Notes: generated by a model not told the origin, from the letters alone. 64,000 bases of DNA from an uncultured bacterium (GCA_963732385.1 CAVSZB010000007.1:1-64000); one strand, 5' to 3'. Shown: positions 1-11,246, counted from the first letter of the stretch. Numbers and translations: made by a program.

Positions 1-83
1 ACCGGAATCCGGAAATCACCATTCCGGAGGAGCTGCGGCGGCAGGCCGAACGGCCGATTCTCAGGATGCTCGCGTTGAGTTGA
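1..83 (+). CDS. nadA: 3' end of probable quinolinate synthase (partial)
   Basis: Frame from nt 3 reads RNPEITIPEELRRQAERPILRMLALS*, resembling the NadA C-terminus; followed by a cysteine desulfurase. Confidence 0.6.
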   Translation, partial: RNPEITIPEELRRQAERPILRMLALS

Positions 84-147
84 TCCGGTCCGCCCCGACC
101 GCGCGCGGCCGCGGGCCGGCGCGCCGCGGGGGAAGGGCGCCACGACC

Positions 148-1317
148 ATGCGGCTGCCGGTCTACCTCGACCACCACGCCTCCACCCCGCCCGATCCGCG
201 CGCGTGCTTGCGAAGATGCGCGAGGCGCTCGAGGTCCACTTCGGCAATCCCGCCAGCGCCACCCACGCCTACGGCTGGGCCGCGGCGAGTCTGGTCGAGG
301 CGGCGCGCGAGGAGGTGGCCCTGATGATCGGCGCCACCGCGCGCGGAATCGTCTTCACCTCCGGCGCGACCGAGGCGAACAACCTGGCCCTCAAGGGATT
401 CGCGGCCGCCCGGGCCGGTGCGCGGGTCGCGTTCACGAGCGGCTTCGAGCACGAAGCGGTGCGGGAGCCGCTGGCGGATAGGCGGCGCACGGCTGGCGTG
501 TCACGGTGGTGCCGGCCGGATCCGACGGGGTGATATCCTGCCGCCGTCGCCGCGTCGCTCGCCGCCGACACGGCGCTGGTGTCGATCATGGCGGCGCAGA
601 ACGACTCGGCACGTGCAGCTGGTGCGTGAGATCGGCGCGCTGTGCCGGTACCGCGGCGTCGTGTTCCACACGGATGCGGCGCAGGCGGTCGGCAAAGTGC
701 CGCTCGACGTGGATGCCGACAATATCGACCTGCTCTCTTTGTCGGGACACAAGCTGTACGCGCGGGAGTCGTGTACGTGCGTCGGCGGGCGCCCAGGATC
801 ACGCTCGCCCCCTCCTGACCGGGGGTGGTCAGGAGCGGGGCCTGCGTGCCGGCAGCCTGAACGTGCCGGGGATCGTGGCCCTGGGGGAGGCGTGCCGCCT
901 GGCGCGGGCCGAGGAATGGGGGCGGAGGGAGAGCGGTTGGGAGCTGGCGGCGCGGCTTTTGGCGTGGGTGCGTGAGCGGCTGCCGGGGGTGCGCCTCAAC
1001 GGCGATCCCGAGCGCCGGCTGCCCGGCAGCCTCGTCTGAGTTTCGAGGGGATACCGCCGCGCCGTCTGCTGGCCGCCGTGCCGACCCTGGCCGTGTCGTC
1101 CGGCGCGGCCTGCGCCAGCGGGGAAGGGGACGTGCGTCGCCGGTGTTGCTGGCGCTGGGCCTGCCGCGCGAACTCGCCCTGGCGACCGTGCGCATGGCGC
1201 TTGGCCGCGGCACTACCGCGCCGAGGTCGACTACGCGGCGCGGACCCTCGTGGATGCGGTCGCCCGGCTGCGCCAGGAGTGGGAGCAGGCCGTTCCGACC
1301 GGCTCTCCTGGGCATAG
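148..1317 (+). CDS. iscS: Cysteine desulfurase, IscS/NifS family (frameshifted in this assembly)
   Basis: Motifs spread over several frames: [66 protein letters not shown]. Confidence 0.85.
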
Positions 1318-1326
1318 ACCGGGCCG

Positions 1327-2488
1327 TCACGCTTCCGGTCCGTCCGCCTCGTCCCAGTCGTCGCCATCGCCCCGGCCTGCTTCGAAGAAGACGAGGAATT
1401 CGCTTGCGGGCGGCGGCATCGAACTCGAGAATCCGCACGGTGACCGCTTCGCCTTCGCGCACCACGTCGCGCGGGTGGCGGATGCGTTCGTGCGAAAGCT
1501 CCGACACGTGCACCATTCCCTGCACGCCCGGCAGCAGTTCGACAAATGCGCCGAAGTCCAGGCCAGCCGCCGGACGGTGCCGGTGACGTTGGTCCGGTTG
1601 CAGCGCGCGCGCCGCGTCCTGCCACCGCGTGCGCCCGGTGAGAGCCTTCATCGACAGGCTGATGCGCTCCGCCTTCCCCTCGCCGAAATTCTGGATGCCG
1701 ATCACCTGCACCTGAACGGTCTGGCCGGGGTCAGCACGGCCATGGGCGACTGGACATCTTCGTGGGAGATCTCGGAAACGTGGACCAGCCCTTCGACGCC
1801 GCCGATGTCGACGAAGGCGCCGAAGGTCGTGCGTCGGCAGACCGTGCCTTCGCGCACGTCGCCGGTCTTGAGGGTGCTGCGGGTTTCGGCGGCCCGGGCC
1901 GCGATCTCCTCGCTCAGGATGGCGCGCCGCGAAACGACGAGGGTGCGTCCGCCGGCGCCGAATTCGACGACCCGGAACTGCAGCGTCTGGCCGACGAAGA
2001 CCTGCGGATCCTCGACGAAGTGCGAGTCGATCTGGGAGATGGGACAGAATGCGCGGTGCCCACCGAGATCGATCCTGAAGCCGCCCTTGTTCGTCTCCCT
2101 GACGATTCCCGACAGCGGCATGCCGGAACGGTGGGCCTCCTCGATCGGCGCGGTGTCGCGCCCGCGCGCGTGACCGGAGATCGACAGGTACTGCTTCTCG
2201 CCGTCGAGCCGGACCCAGGCGGTGATGGTCGACCCCACGGCGAAGTTAAATTCGCCCTTGTTGTTCTGCAGCTCGCGCAGCGCGATCGGCAGCTCGGCGC
2301 ATCCGCCCGCAATCGACGAACGCCTCCGTGTCTCCGATCTGGACAATGGTCCCGGTGACCTTTTCGCCTGGTTGCGGGCTCCGGTTTCGCCGGTTCGCTG
2401 CGCTCGTTCGCCAGCAGCTGGGCGAAGTCCTCCGCGCGGTATCAGGCGTGTCGCCGGTGATGCCGTCGTCGTCGTCTTGCTCGAACAT
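1327..2488 (-). CDS. Multi-S1-domain RNA-binding protein (RpsA-like, about 4 S1 repeats), frameshifted
   Basis: S1 motifs in several frames: GTIVQIGDTEAFVD, AFCPISQID, FGAFVDIGGVEGLVHVSEIS, FGAFVELLPGVQGMVHVSELS. Confidence 0.8.
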
Positions 2489-2620
2489 CTCGTGTCCTTT
2501 TCCCTGGAACTTGCAGCAGGTCGCCACCCTGCGGCAGCCGGTTTTTCTGACTCATGAATATAGCACATAGCCCGGCCGGTGGCGATGGCGCGGTGGCGGA
2601 GCTGGACGCCGGCAAACGCA

Positions 2621-2646
2621 GGAGCCGGACCGCGGGGTCCGGCTCC
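2621..2646 (-). terminator. Hairpin, probable terminator of the cytochrome gene
   Basis: GGAGCCGGAC/GTCCGGCTCC 10-bp perfect stem; weak U tract. Confidence 0.45.
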
Positions 2647-2689
2647 CGGTGACACGGTACGTTGGCGTGCCGGGCTGGTCGACGACTTT

Positions 2690-4585
2690 CCAATGCCGCG
2701 TGACCTTTTCGGTAGCGCGATCAGGATGCTCTGCTGCAACAACTGAATGGCGTACTTGGCGTTATGCACGCCGTGGCTGGCGTCGAACTCCACGAAGGCC
2801 AGGTTGTAGGCGGCGTTGCGCTGGGCGATGTTGGAATGGTGATATCGCCGATGCTTGCCTCGTAGTCGTCCACGAGCGCCTGGCGCTGCTCCCGGAGATC
2901 GCTGCGGTCGAGGATCGTCTCGTGCAGGGTCTGGATCAGCCGGCAACCTTACCCGAATTGGATCCCCTCGACCTCGCCGTCGTCGTCGTAATCGGCGATC
3001 GCCGCGACGTCGCTGAAAGCGCTGATCGCGCCGTGGCACGTCTGGCACGCCTCGACCGTGGGCTGGAAGTCATGCCCGGTGTAGTTCGGCACGCCGGCAT
3101 CGACGTCGTTCGCTTTGGCGTGCGTGTGGCAGCTCACGCAGCCGTCCTGGATCTGGAGATGGGTGCTCGATCCCCAGGGGAAGCCGGGATTGATCGCCTC
3201 GTAGCAGCCGGCCAGCATGTCGCCCTGGCAACTGTCAGTCGGCACCGAGGTGGGCGGTGCCGTTGTTCAGCTGGTCGGTGATGTTCGTGAGAGTGCGGCG
3301 CCCGTTGTGGCACGCCATGCAGAGACGCCCCGCGCCGGCCTGCGGGATGACCGAGCCATACGGCAAAACGACGTCGGTGGCGGCGGCGTTGCGCAGGTCG
3401 GCCCGGTTCTCGGTGCCGTGCGACGAGTGGCAGGTCTGGCAGTTGATTTTGCCGGCCACGGTGGGGTTGGTCGCCGGGTTGACGAACCCGGCGTCGAGGT
3501 AGGTGGCGGCGTTGAGTCCGTTGTGGCACTTCGCGCAGGAGCGGTTGCGGGCCGGCGAGCCGCCGTCGAGCAGGTCGGAGTTGCCGTGGCCGGAGCCGGC
3601 CCACTCGTCGTAGAACGGTAGTCGCGCCGTTGTGGCAGTCGCCGCAGGTTTCAGGCCGCGAAACTGACCGGCAGTGTCGGCTGCGTGCCGCAGGGGTGGT
3701 TGCCGCCCGGTCCGTGGCAGTTCTTCGCGCTGCACGCCGCGCAGCGCTGCGATCGGAATCTCGTCGTAGCCCCCGTTGTCGAGGGCCGGATCCGCGTCCA
3801 GGCCGACGGAGCCGACGGTGTGGCAGCCGGCAGTAGGCGTTCTGGCCCATGCCGATCGCGGCCAGCGTTTCGTACGCCGTCTTGTGGGCAGTGGTTGACC
3901 AGTTCGCGTGCGTGCCGACGTGGCACAGCCCGCAGTAGGCGTCGCCGCGGTAGACCGGAGCGTCGGTCGGAAGATAGGCCGTGACCTGCAGTTCGACCGC
4001 TTCCGTGCGGGCGTTGCCCGAGCCGTCCGTCACCACGACCTGCACGCGCGGGTTCTGGGTCGGCACCGCTTCGGGCACGCGCCATAGCGCCCGGTGTCGG
4101 GCGTGACCTGGGTCAGCGTGCCGGCGGTGGTGGTCCACTGATAGGTCAGGTCGTCGCCGACGGCCAGCGCCGCGATGCGGGTCTGGTTGGCGATCCGGAC
4201 CGACGCGGTGGCCGCCGAGACCTGCAGCCCGATCTCGACGCCGATCGCCCGGCTCGAGGTCGTGGTGAGGTTGTCGTGGCGGCGGCGGTGACCGACACCG
4301 GGTAGACGCCGGGGGCGGCGGGGGCGGTCCAGAGGGTCGACGCGGTCGTCGGACTGTCGAAGGTGCCGCCGCTGGCGGTCCGAGAGCCAGGTCAGATCGG
4401 TGCCGGAGGCGCTGACCGTGAGCGTGACCTGGCCGCCGGCATCGACGGTCTGCCGCAGTGGCCGTGATCTGGGAAATGAGCGGCTGCGTTCCAGGACCTG
4501 TCGTGTCCTGATCGTCGTCGCACGACGAGAGGCCGATCATCAGGACGGTGCAGCCGAGCAGCACCAGCATCCAGCGTCTGAACAT
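2690..4585 (-). CDS. Multiheme c-type cytochrome lipoprotein (about 9 CXXCH) with N-terminal Ig/PKD-like region; frameshifted, 3' end approximate
   Basis: Lipobox MFRRWMLVLLGCTVLMIGLSS-C; CGLCH, CGDCH, CAKCH, CQTCH, CMACH, CVSCH, CQTCH plus two damaged motifs; C-terminal DASHGVHN..YA. Confidence 0.8.
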
Positions 4586-4947
4586 GGATCCGCCTCCTGC
4601 TGAGGTATCCGCCCGTCGTCGCGGCCGGCGGGATGGCGTGACCGCGACGGTGGGGTGAAATCCTATCAACCAAGTATGATCATCGGCGGACGACAGCCGG
4701 GTAAACTCAAAAGTGGAGCGAAAGCGGATGCCGGCATCCGACATCGTCGGCCTCGGGCGGACATTCCGCTTGACACCCTCAGCCCGGTTTTCAAGATGCC
4801 CATGTCCGCTAGGAATAGCGATTGCTGAGGATCAGCTCCGGAGCCTGCGCCAGGACGGCCGTGGCCGCGCGGGTCCAGGGTCGCCTTGCGGCGGCAGCGC
4901 CACCGGGAGCCCGCTGGCGACCGGGGACCCTCTTCCAGGGAGGGAAT

Positions 4948-6067
4948 CATGATCCGCCTCAGGTTCGCGCTCGGCTTGGTCGTGGCGCTCGGAATCCTGC
5001 ACTGGTGGTCGGGTGTGAGGACGTTGTCGAGCCGGTGCGCCTGCCGGGCGAGGTCACGCTCGAGCATGCCTGTGTCGGTCCGCAGGCCTCCGTTCCTGCC
5101 ACCAGTCCGAGTATGCGCTGTTCGCCAACAGCGGGCATGCCTTCGCGCTGAGCCGGGTGGTCGACGAGCGCGCGCCCCTGTTCCCGTACTCGGCCGTGCC
5201 CACCCCGCCTGCCGGCAGCGGCTGGAACGATATCCTCTATGTGATCGGCGGCCATGGGTCGACGCCGGGTTCGTCGACCGTGGCCGGGGTATCTCCTGAC
5301 CGGCGCCGCGGCGCAGTGGAACCTGGCGCATTCGTTTTCGGGCCGTTCGAGCCGGACGCGGCAAACGTTGCCTTCGCCTGTGCCCGTTGCCACGCCACCG
5401 GCGTCACCGGGGACGGGAACCAGGGCGGTTTGCCGGGGCTGGCCGGTGCCTGGCTGCAGGACCGGGCGTTGATCCAGCGCTACCACGGCGCGGGCGGTGC
5501 GCACGCGTTGTCGCGACTCGGCCAGCGACATCGCGCTGGACCGTGACGCCGGCCTGTGCGGCGAGTGCCACTCCCGCGGCGTTCCGCCCACCGGATCGAG
5601 GCGGCCGACGGCTTCATCCGCAACAACGCTCAGTACGACGAACTGCTCGGTGGCGCCCACAACACGCTGACCTGCGTCGCCTGTCACGATCCGCATTCGA
5701 CGACGCACCGGCGGTGGCGCAGGGGGTCGTTTTGCAGTGCGCAACTGCCACGGCGATATCGAGATCTACAACACGGTGATGGCGCGCACACCTGTGTCAA
5801 CTGCCACCTGCCCTACGCGACGAAGTCGGCCGTTGCCGGCTCGCCGTTCCGCGGTGACGTCCGCGCGCACCTTTCCGCATCAACCCCGCTGCCGACGCGG
5901 CGCAGTTCTATACGGCGGAGGGGCAGACCTTCGCCAACGGCTACCTGACCACGGACTTCGCCTGCCTCGCCTGCCACACCGGCGAGGACCGGGCCTGGGC
6001 CGCGCAGTACGCGGGGACGATCCACTCCACCGGCCGCAAGACCCTGGCCGCGGGGCGGTGCAGCGGG
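4948..6067 (+). CDS. Multiheme c-type cytochrome (at least 6 CXXCH), frameshifted
   Basis: Signal-like MIRLRFALGLVVAL with RBS GGAGGG; CARCH, CGECH, CVACH, CVNCH, CLACH and a damaged CxNCH in shifting frames. Confidence 0.7.
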
Positions 6068-7008
6068 ATGACTGCGCACAACCGCGCCGGGAGCCTGCGT
6101 GGCGGGATCCTGCCAGGGGCGCTGGCGGTGTCGGCCTTGGTTTTGGCCGTGGCCGTGGCCGTGGCCGGCGTCGCCGACCGCCCGGCGCCGCCGCCGGGAG
6201 CCTCTTCGTCGGTTCCGAGGCGTGCGCCGAGTGTCACGCCGAGGTGGCGGAGTACTATCGAGGCACTCCGCATGCGCTCGGGCGCCGGACCATGGTCCCC
6301 GGCAACGGCCCCGGCCTCTGCGAAGCATGCCATGGCCCCGGCAGCCTGCACGTGGAAGCGGGGGGCGCCGGACCGGTCCTCGGCGTTGCCGCCCTCGGTT
6401 CGCTGTCGCCCGATGTCCGCGCCGACCTTTGCCTCCAGTGCCACGCCGGCCTGAAGCGTTCCTGGGAGGAGAACCCGCACGCCGGCTCGACCGCCTCCTG
6501 CGCCGAGTGCCACGCGGACCAGGCGCACTTCGCCAGGGGGTATCGCCCCCAGGCGGCCTTCCGGATCGCCGGCGAGTTCTGCCTCCAGTGCCATCCGGGC
6601 CAGCTGGCCGACTTCCGCCTGCAGTACCACCATCCGGTGCTCGAGGGGGAGATCGGCTGCGTGGACTGCCACGCGCCGCACGGCGAGCAGAGCGGCGTGT
6701 CGGCGCTCAACGACGAGGCGCGTCCCTGCCTGCGCTGCCACGCGGAGGTGGCCGGACCGTTCGTCTTCGAGCACGAGGCGGTCGTCACCGAGCCGTGCAC
6801 GGTCTGTCACCGTCCGCACGGGTCGCCCAACGACCGGCTGCTCCTCACCGACAGCAATTCGCTCTGTCTGCGCTGCCACCACGAGCCGGGCTACCCGGTG
6901 ATCGGACAGACCGACCATGCCGCGTTCCTCGGGCGGCGGGCGCGCTGCTACGACTGCCACGTCGAGGTCCACGGCTCGAACGTTGATGAAACCTACCGGA
7001 AGCCCTAG
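6068..7008 (+). CDS. mtrA: Decaheme cytochrome c, MtrA/DmsE/PioA family (one frameshift near 6200)
   Basis: Exactly 10 CXXCH with MtrA-type spacing (GSEACAECH, HHPVLEG.IGCVDCHAPHG, GPFVFEH, CHRPHGS, CYDCHVEVHGSN); signal peptide in the 6068 frame. Confidence 0.88.
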
Positions 7009-7020
7009 GAGCGCCGCCCC

Positions 7021-9036
7021 ATGAGACACGGATGCCTGTCCAGAAGGAGGGGCTGCCTCGCCGCCGCGCCGGCCCGGTTGCGGGCGTCGGGGTTTGGCTG
7101 CCTGCTGCTGCTGCTGCCGGGAGCGGCCGCCGCCCAGTCGGCGGTCGAGTACGGCCGGATCTGGGGCGCGCCGGGCGACTCGTCCGGCGGCGCGCCGGAG
7201 CGGATCACCGTCGGCGCTTCGTGGCTCGACCGCGCCGGGAGCGCCGCCATGCTGGCGCAGGACGAGGGACTGGTCGACGACTGGCGCGGCTTCACGCTGT
7301 TCGACGCGCGGGGCACCGCCGGCGATGACCGCCGCTTCACGCTGCGGGGACGACTGTCGACCGACGACCGGATGCCGGGCAGCTTCGTCTTCGCCGCGGT
7401 GAACCCGGACGGCTGCCGCTATCGCATCTTCTACCACCGGCTGACGCACTACGACGATCCGACGGCGAACGACCCGTACCTGGCCGACCCCGAACTGCGT
7501 CGCTTCCGCGGCGATCCGCTCGTCCGCTGGGCCATGGCCGGCATCGACTGGTCGCGCCGGGTCGCCCCGGGGTGGCGCCTGCGCGCCGGCTTCGAGCACA
7601 TCGGCCAGGAGGGGACCCGCGCCTCGCTCGGACGCGGCCTGCTCGGCGAACCGTACCTCTTCGGCGCCCCTACGGCGCTCGATCGCAACATCCTGACCCG
7701 TCGCGTCTGGTTCGGCGGCACGCACGACGGCGCCCGGCTGGCGCTCGACTGGAACGCGGAGTTCCAGAGTGACGGCGGCGACCGCGCCGCCACGACCACC
7801 TGGCGGGCCGACCCGACGGTTTTCACCGACCGCCACGCCCGGGACGATGAGCGCCGTACCTGGACGGTGCGCGCCGGCGGCGCCTGGGAGGCGACGCCGC
7901 GCGTGACGCTGCTCGGCGGCTACGGCTACCTGGGGCGTTTCTCGCGCCCGCGCGAAAGCCTGACGGAGACGCCGCTCACGAGCGTGTCCGGCGATGCCGT
8001 CGCGGACGCCATCGCGGTCAGCGCCCGCGCGCACAGCGGCGCGGCGACGCTCGTCTGGCGGCCATGGGCCGGAGCGCGGCTGCGCCTGGGGGCGCGGCTG
8101 CAGCAGCTGGATCAGGAGGGGCTGACCACGCTCGTCCGCGACGCACAGTCGTTCACCGGCACGCGCAGCAGCTACGAGAAGCAGCGCACGCGGCAGGTGT
8201 ACAACCTCGGTTTCCAGCACGCCGGTCGGCACGGCACGGTGCTCAACGCCGACTGGCGCCACGAAATCACGGACGAAACTTCCAACACGATCTCCCTCGA
8301 CGAATTCGTCGGCGGCAACGTGCTGCTGCGGGCGCAGTCGGGCGAGCGCGAACGGGCACTCGACCTGCTCGCCCTCAAGTTGCGCCGACGCCTGTCCGGC
8401 CGGCTGAGCGCCGCCGGCCGGGTGGAGTACCGGCACGAGAATGTGGATGAACATCAGACCGCGCTCGTGGGCCAGTACGCGCAGGGAGACCGCTCCTGGG
8501 AGAAGCTGCGCGCCGAGGTGACCGCCCGGGCCCGCCTCGCCGGCAACCTCGATCTCGACGCCGGGGCCGAACTGATCGACGAGGACTTCACGCGCCTCGA
8601 TACCACCGGCGGCGGCAGCAGCTGGGACGCGCACCGCCTGTTCGGCACCGGCACCTGGACGCCGCTGCCTCGTCTGTCCCTGTTCGGTTCGTTCGCCTAC
8701 GGCGTGGAGGAGTACGGCCTCGCCGGTCCGCTGCCGCCCGCGGCCGTCGATCCCTACGTCACCAACCCGGCCACCTACAAGGGCACGACCTCCCGTCTCT
8801 CACCCGGCGCCGTGCTGCGCCCCCTCCACGGCTGGGAACTCGAGACCCATTACGAACGGGTCCGCAACCGCGACGACCTGGCCAACGATTCCGACCGCTG
8901 GTACTCCCGCCTCACCGGCGCCCTCACCCCGCGCCTGGCCCTCAGCGCCACCTGGCGCCGCACCGATTTCACCGCCGTCTCCGACGACGACTACACCGCC
9001 GACCTCTACGGCCTATCCTTCACCGGGCGGTTCTGA
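7021..9036 (+). CDS. Outer-membrane beta-barrel, MtrB/PioB-like porin
   Basis: 671 aa, signal peptide, amphipathic beta strands, C-terminal YGLSFTGRF, 12 nt after the decaheme gene. Confidence 0.75.
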   Translation: MRHGCLSRRRGCLAAAPARLRASGFGCLLLLLPGAAAAQSAVEYGRIWGAPGDSSGGAPERITVGASWLDRAGSAAMLAQDEGLVDDWRGFTLFDARGTAGDDRRFTLRGRLSTDDRMPGSFVFAAVNPDGCRYRIFYHRLTHYDDPTANDPYLADPELRRFRGDPLVRWAMAGIDWSRRVAPGWRLRAGFEHIGQEGTRASLGRGLLGEPYLFGAPTALDRNILTRRVWFGGTHDGARLALDWNAEFQSDGGDRAATTTWRADPTVFTDRHARDDERRTWTVRAGGAWEATPRVTLLGGYGYLGRFSRPRESLTETPLTSVSGDAVADAIAVSARAHSGAATLVWRPWAGARLRLGARLQQLDQEGLTTLVRDAQSFTGTRSSYEKQRTRQVYNLGFQHAGRHGTVLNADWRHEITDETSNTISLDEFVGGNVLLRAQSGERERALDLLALKLRRRLSGRLSAAGRVEYRHENVDEHQTALVGQYAQGDRSWEKLRAEVTARARLAGNLDLDAGAELIDEDFTRLDTTGGGSSWDAHRLFGTGTWTPLPRLSLFGSFAYGVEEYGLAGPLPPAAVDPYVTNPATYKGTTSRLSPGAVLRPLHGWELETHYERVRNRDDLANDSDRWYSRLTGALTPRLALSATWRRTDFTAVSDDDYTADLYGLSFTGRF

Positions 9037-9636
9037 ACCCCCTCGCCCGACCCGACAAAATGGGCGCCGGCCACGGCGACGGCGCCCTCTTTGTTGGAGA
9101 CGGCCGGTGCCGCTATGGCATCCCGCCACTTACCGCGCACCAGATCCGCCCCCCGGATACACGCCCAAAGTTGACAGCCCCACAGAGAGTGATTTCGCCC
9201 TGGCCGCAAAATTGGACTCTATGTGGGCGGAGGAGGGGGAGGGGCGGTAGGGCCGCAGAGAGTCCGCCCCGAGGAGCCCGCAATTCAAACAACGCAACGC
9301 ATTGCAAGTAAGTTAACGGACGCTCGGTTTGAGCTGGATCGGGCCGGTTGTATGTCACGTTGGGGCAGGGGCCACCGTACTCCCCCCGCCCCGAATCGAC
9401 CAACGCGGCAATTCGCTCTTTGGCGGCTTCCCTCCGCGCGGTCTGGTTGCCGGCCAGCTCGCGGATCAGCTTGCGGAAGGGGTGTCGCAGTTCTGGACCG
9501 GCCCGACAGGTGCCGCGCTTTTCGACCGGCGTTTACAGGTACAAGAGCACGGGGAGTGGGACGCGACGCGCTGCCGGCCGCGGGTTGGTGGCGCTTCGTG
9601 ACGCCCGCGGCGTCCAGCGCGCTCCGGTCGACCATG

Positions 9637-10542
9637 TCAGCTCTTCTCTGACCTGAGCGCATCGATGATCCCGGCGTCGACCCAGTAGATGTTGCCGTCG
9701 TCCCCACAGAAGAAGAGGTACCTGCCGTCCGGAGAGAGCGAGGGGAATCTCGCGGGGATGTCCGACACGCGCCTTGGGGAGGACCAGGTCCCGCCGGCGG
9801 ATCTGAAGCTCACGTGAATGTGCATGTCCTCCTTGTCTCCGACGAGCGGCCGGTTGGAGGAGAAGAGCAGGAAGGACTCATCCGGCGCAACGTAGGGCGT
9901 GTAGTCGATGGCGTTGGCGACGTTGATGATCGAATCCAGGGGCGCGGGGTCGGAAAAGCCGTCGGGAGTGAGCGCGGCCGAGAAGATCCCCGAGCTCCAC
10001 GTCTTCGTCTCCATCCGCGAGGAGAAGTACACCCTGCCCGACCGCGTGAAGGACGAGCTGCAGGCGAGGCGCGGGCCATCGCTCCGGGGATCGCCCCATC
10101 CGGACGACAGCCGATCCACCAACCGCGTCTCCCAGCCCTTCTCCGCGGCGACCATGAAGTAGAGGCTCTTCCCGTCGGGTGCGAACATCGGGGACTGCGT
10201 CGATCCCTCCCGGGCAAGAGCCGGCGGCCGCGGCTCCGTCCACCCCCCGCCGGCGACCTGAACGAAGAGGATCCTCGCTGTGAAGCTCGTCATGTCGACC
10301 GTATTCCAGTACATCTCCCGCCCGTCCGGCGAGATCGCCAGCCGGCTGTGGACGTTGCCGGTCGACACCACTCCAGGCGCGAAAACACGGGGGCTGCTGC
10401 CCGGCGGCCGCTCTCCCAGATACGGCGGCGCGTCGGCACCAAGGTTGACCACTCCGGACGGCGCCGCCCCCTGGGCGTGGCCGGTCGATGACGAGAGCAG
10501 CAGCAGCAGCGGCAGCAGCGACCCCATGATCCTTCGAATCAT
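9637..10542 (-). CDS. Secreted PD40/TolB-like beta-propeller protein
   Basis: Signal peptide; repeats ISPDG, PMFAPDGKSLYF, PYVAPDESFLLFSSNR, PSLSPDGRYLFF; RBS GAGGAG. Confidence 0.8.
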   Translation of the reverse strand: MIRRIMGSLLPLLLLLSSSTGHAQGAAPSGVVNLGADAPPYLGERPPGSSPRVFAPGVVSTGNVHSRLAISPDGREMYWNTVDMTSFTARILFVQVAGGGWTEPRPPALAREGSTQSPMFAPDGKSLYFMVAAEKGWETRLVDRLSSGWGDPRSDGPRLACSSSFTRSGRVYFSSRMETKTWSSGIFSAALTPDGFSDPAPLDSIINVANAIDYTPYVAPDESFLLFSSNRPLVGDKEDMHIHVSFRSAGGTWSSPRRVSDIPARFPSLSPDGRYLFFCGDDGNIYWVDAGIIDALRSEKS

Positions 10543-10600
10543 ATAGCACTCCTCGTACAAGAGTGGTGCCTGTCGATCCACCGACAACCGGCGGCGATGC

Positions 10601-10852
10601 TCAACTGCCGATCCCCGTCAGAGTTCCCACGGCGCTGTGAGTCGGGACTTCGCGCCGGGAGCCGGGTGCCGCATGGGACAGTGCCTCACGAATCGGCGCC
10701 TGCGCCTGGGCCCGCACCAGATAACCGTGACCGAGCCAGTCGTACTCGTTCGTACTCAGGCGCATCCTCTCGCTGCCCGAGAGGATGGCCTCGCCGATTT
10801 TGCGATCGCATCCGTGGAAGCCGAGGATGAAGGACGGGAGCGTCTGATACAC
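10601..10852 (-). pseudogene. Truncated putative ADP-ribosyltransferase-like toxin fragment
   Basis: N-terminus GFHGCD...STNEYDWLGHGY resembles a conserved hypothetical family, then degenerates; only 83 aa. Confidence 0.45.
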
Positions 10853-10862
10853 TGAACCACTA

Positions 10863-11009
10863 CTACTTATAGGGTTTGCGCGTATTGCCTTTGACCGTGA
10901 TGATGCCGGCCTTGACGAGCAATGCCCTCGCTCTTTCAGGCGATTTTGCGACTTCGCGCTGCTGGTTCTTCACAGCGGCCTCGGCCTGCTTGTACTCCGC
11001 CTTGGTCAT
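10863..11009 (-). CDS. 48-aa basic protein, putative antitoxin
   Basis: MTKAEYKQ...ARALLVKAGIITVKGNTRKPYK, RBS GGGAGG, 10 nt upstream of the toxin-like fragment. Confidence 0.55.
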   Translation of the reverse strand: MTKAEYKQAEAAVKNQQREVAKSPERARALLVKAGIITVKGNTRKPYK

Positions 11010-11211
11010 GGTGGCCTCCCTGCGCTGACTATAGGAGGCAGTGGCCTCCGGCTCAACCACAATCCTCTGCAGGAACTGTTCCATTCGCAAGGCGACCCCT
11101 GCATATCCGTGCCAAGGGCGCCAGATCCGCGGCTTTCCCCCTCCGGACCAGGCCATCGATCCAGCAGGCACGAGGGCCGTTTCGAGGGGCCAGCCCGGTC
11201 GAAATCGGGGC

Positions 11212-11240
11212 TTGACCGGTATTAGTACGTCGCGTACTAT
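11212..11240 (+). promoter_or_regulatory. Sigma70 promoter with overlapping palindromic operator
   Basis: TTGACC-17nt-TACTAT; inverted repeat TAGTACG-tcg-CGTACTA at 11223-11239. Confidence 0.65.
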
Positions 11241-11246
11241 TACTTC

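Noticed and set aside
1702..3048. 448-aa ORF appearing to fuse a cytochrome C-terminus to S1 domains
   Set aside because: Chance read-through across an intergenic region caused by frameshifts; a hairpin and a separate start (2488) lie between the two genes
4690..4745. GGTAAACTC...GAGCGAAAGC loosely resembling a GEMM-I c-di-GMP riboswitch upstream of the cytochromes
   Set aside because: No GNRA-capped P2 or recognisable P3 receptor; too weak without an Infernal hit
5941..8634. Long antisense or shadow ORFs (e.g. 897 aa here, 22601-24796, 27570-29693)
   Set aside because: Expected in ~70% GC DNA opposite real genes; no motifs
9243..9253. ops-like GGCGGTAG element
   Set aside because: No downstream operon on that strand, and an 8-mer is expected by chance at this GC content
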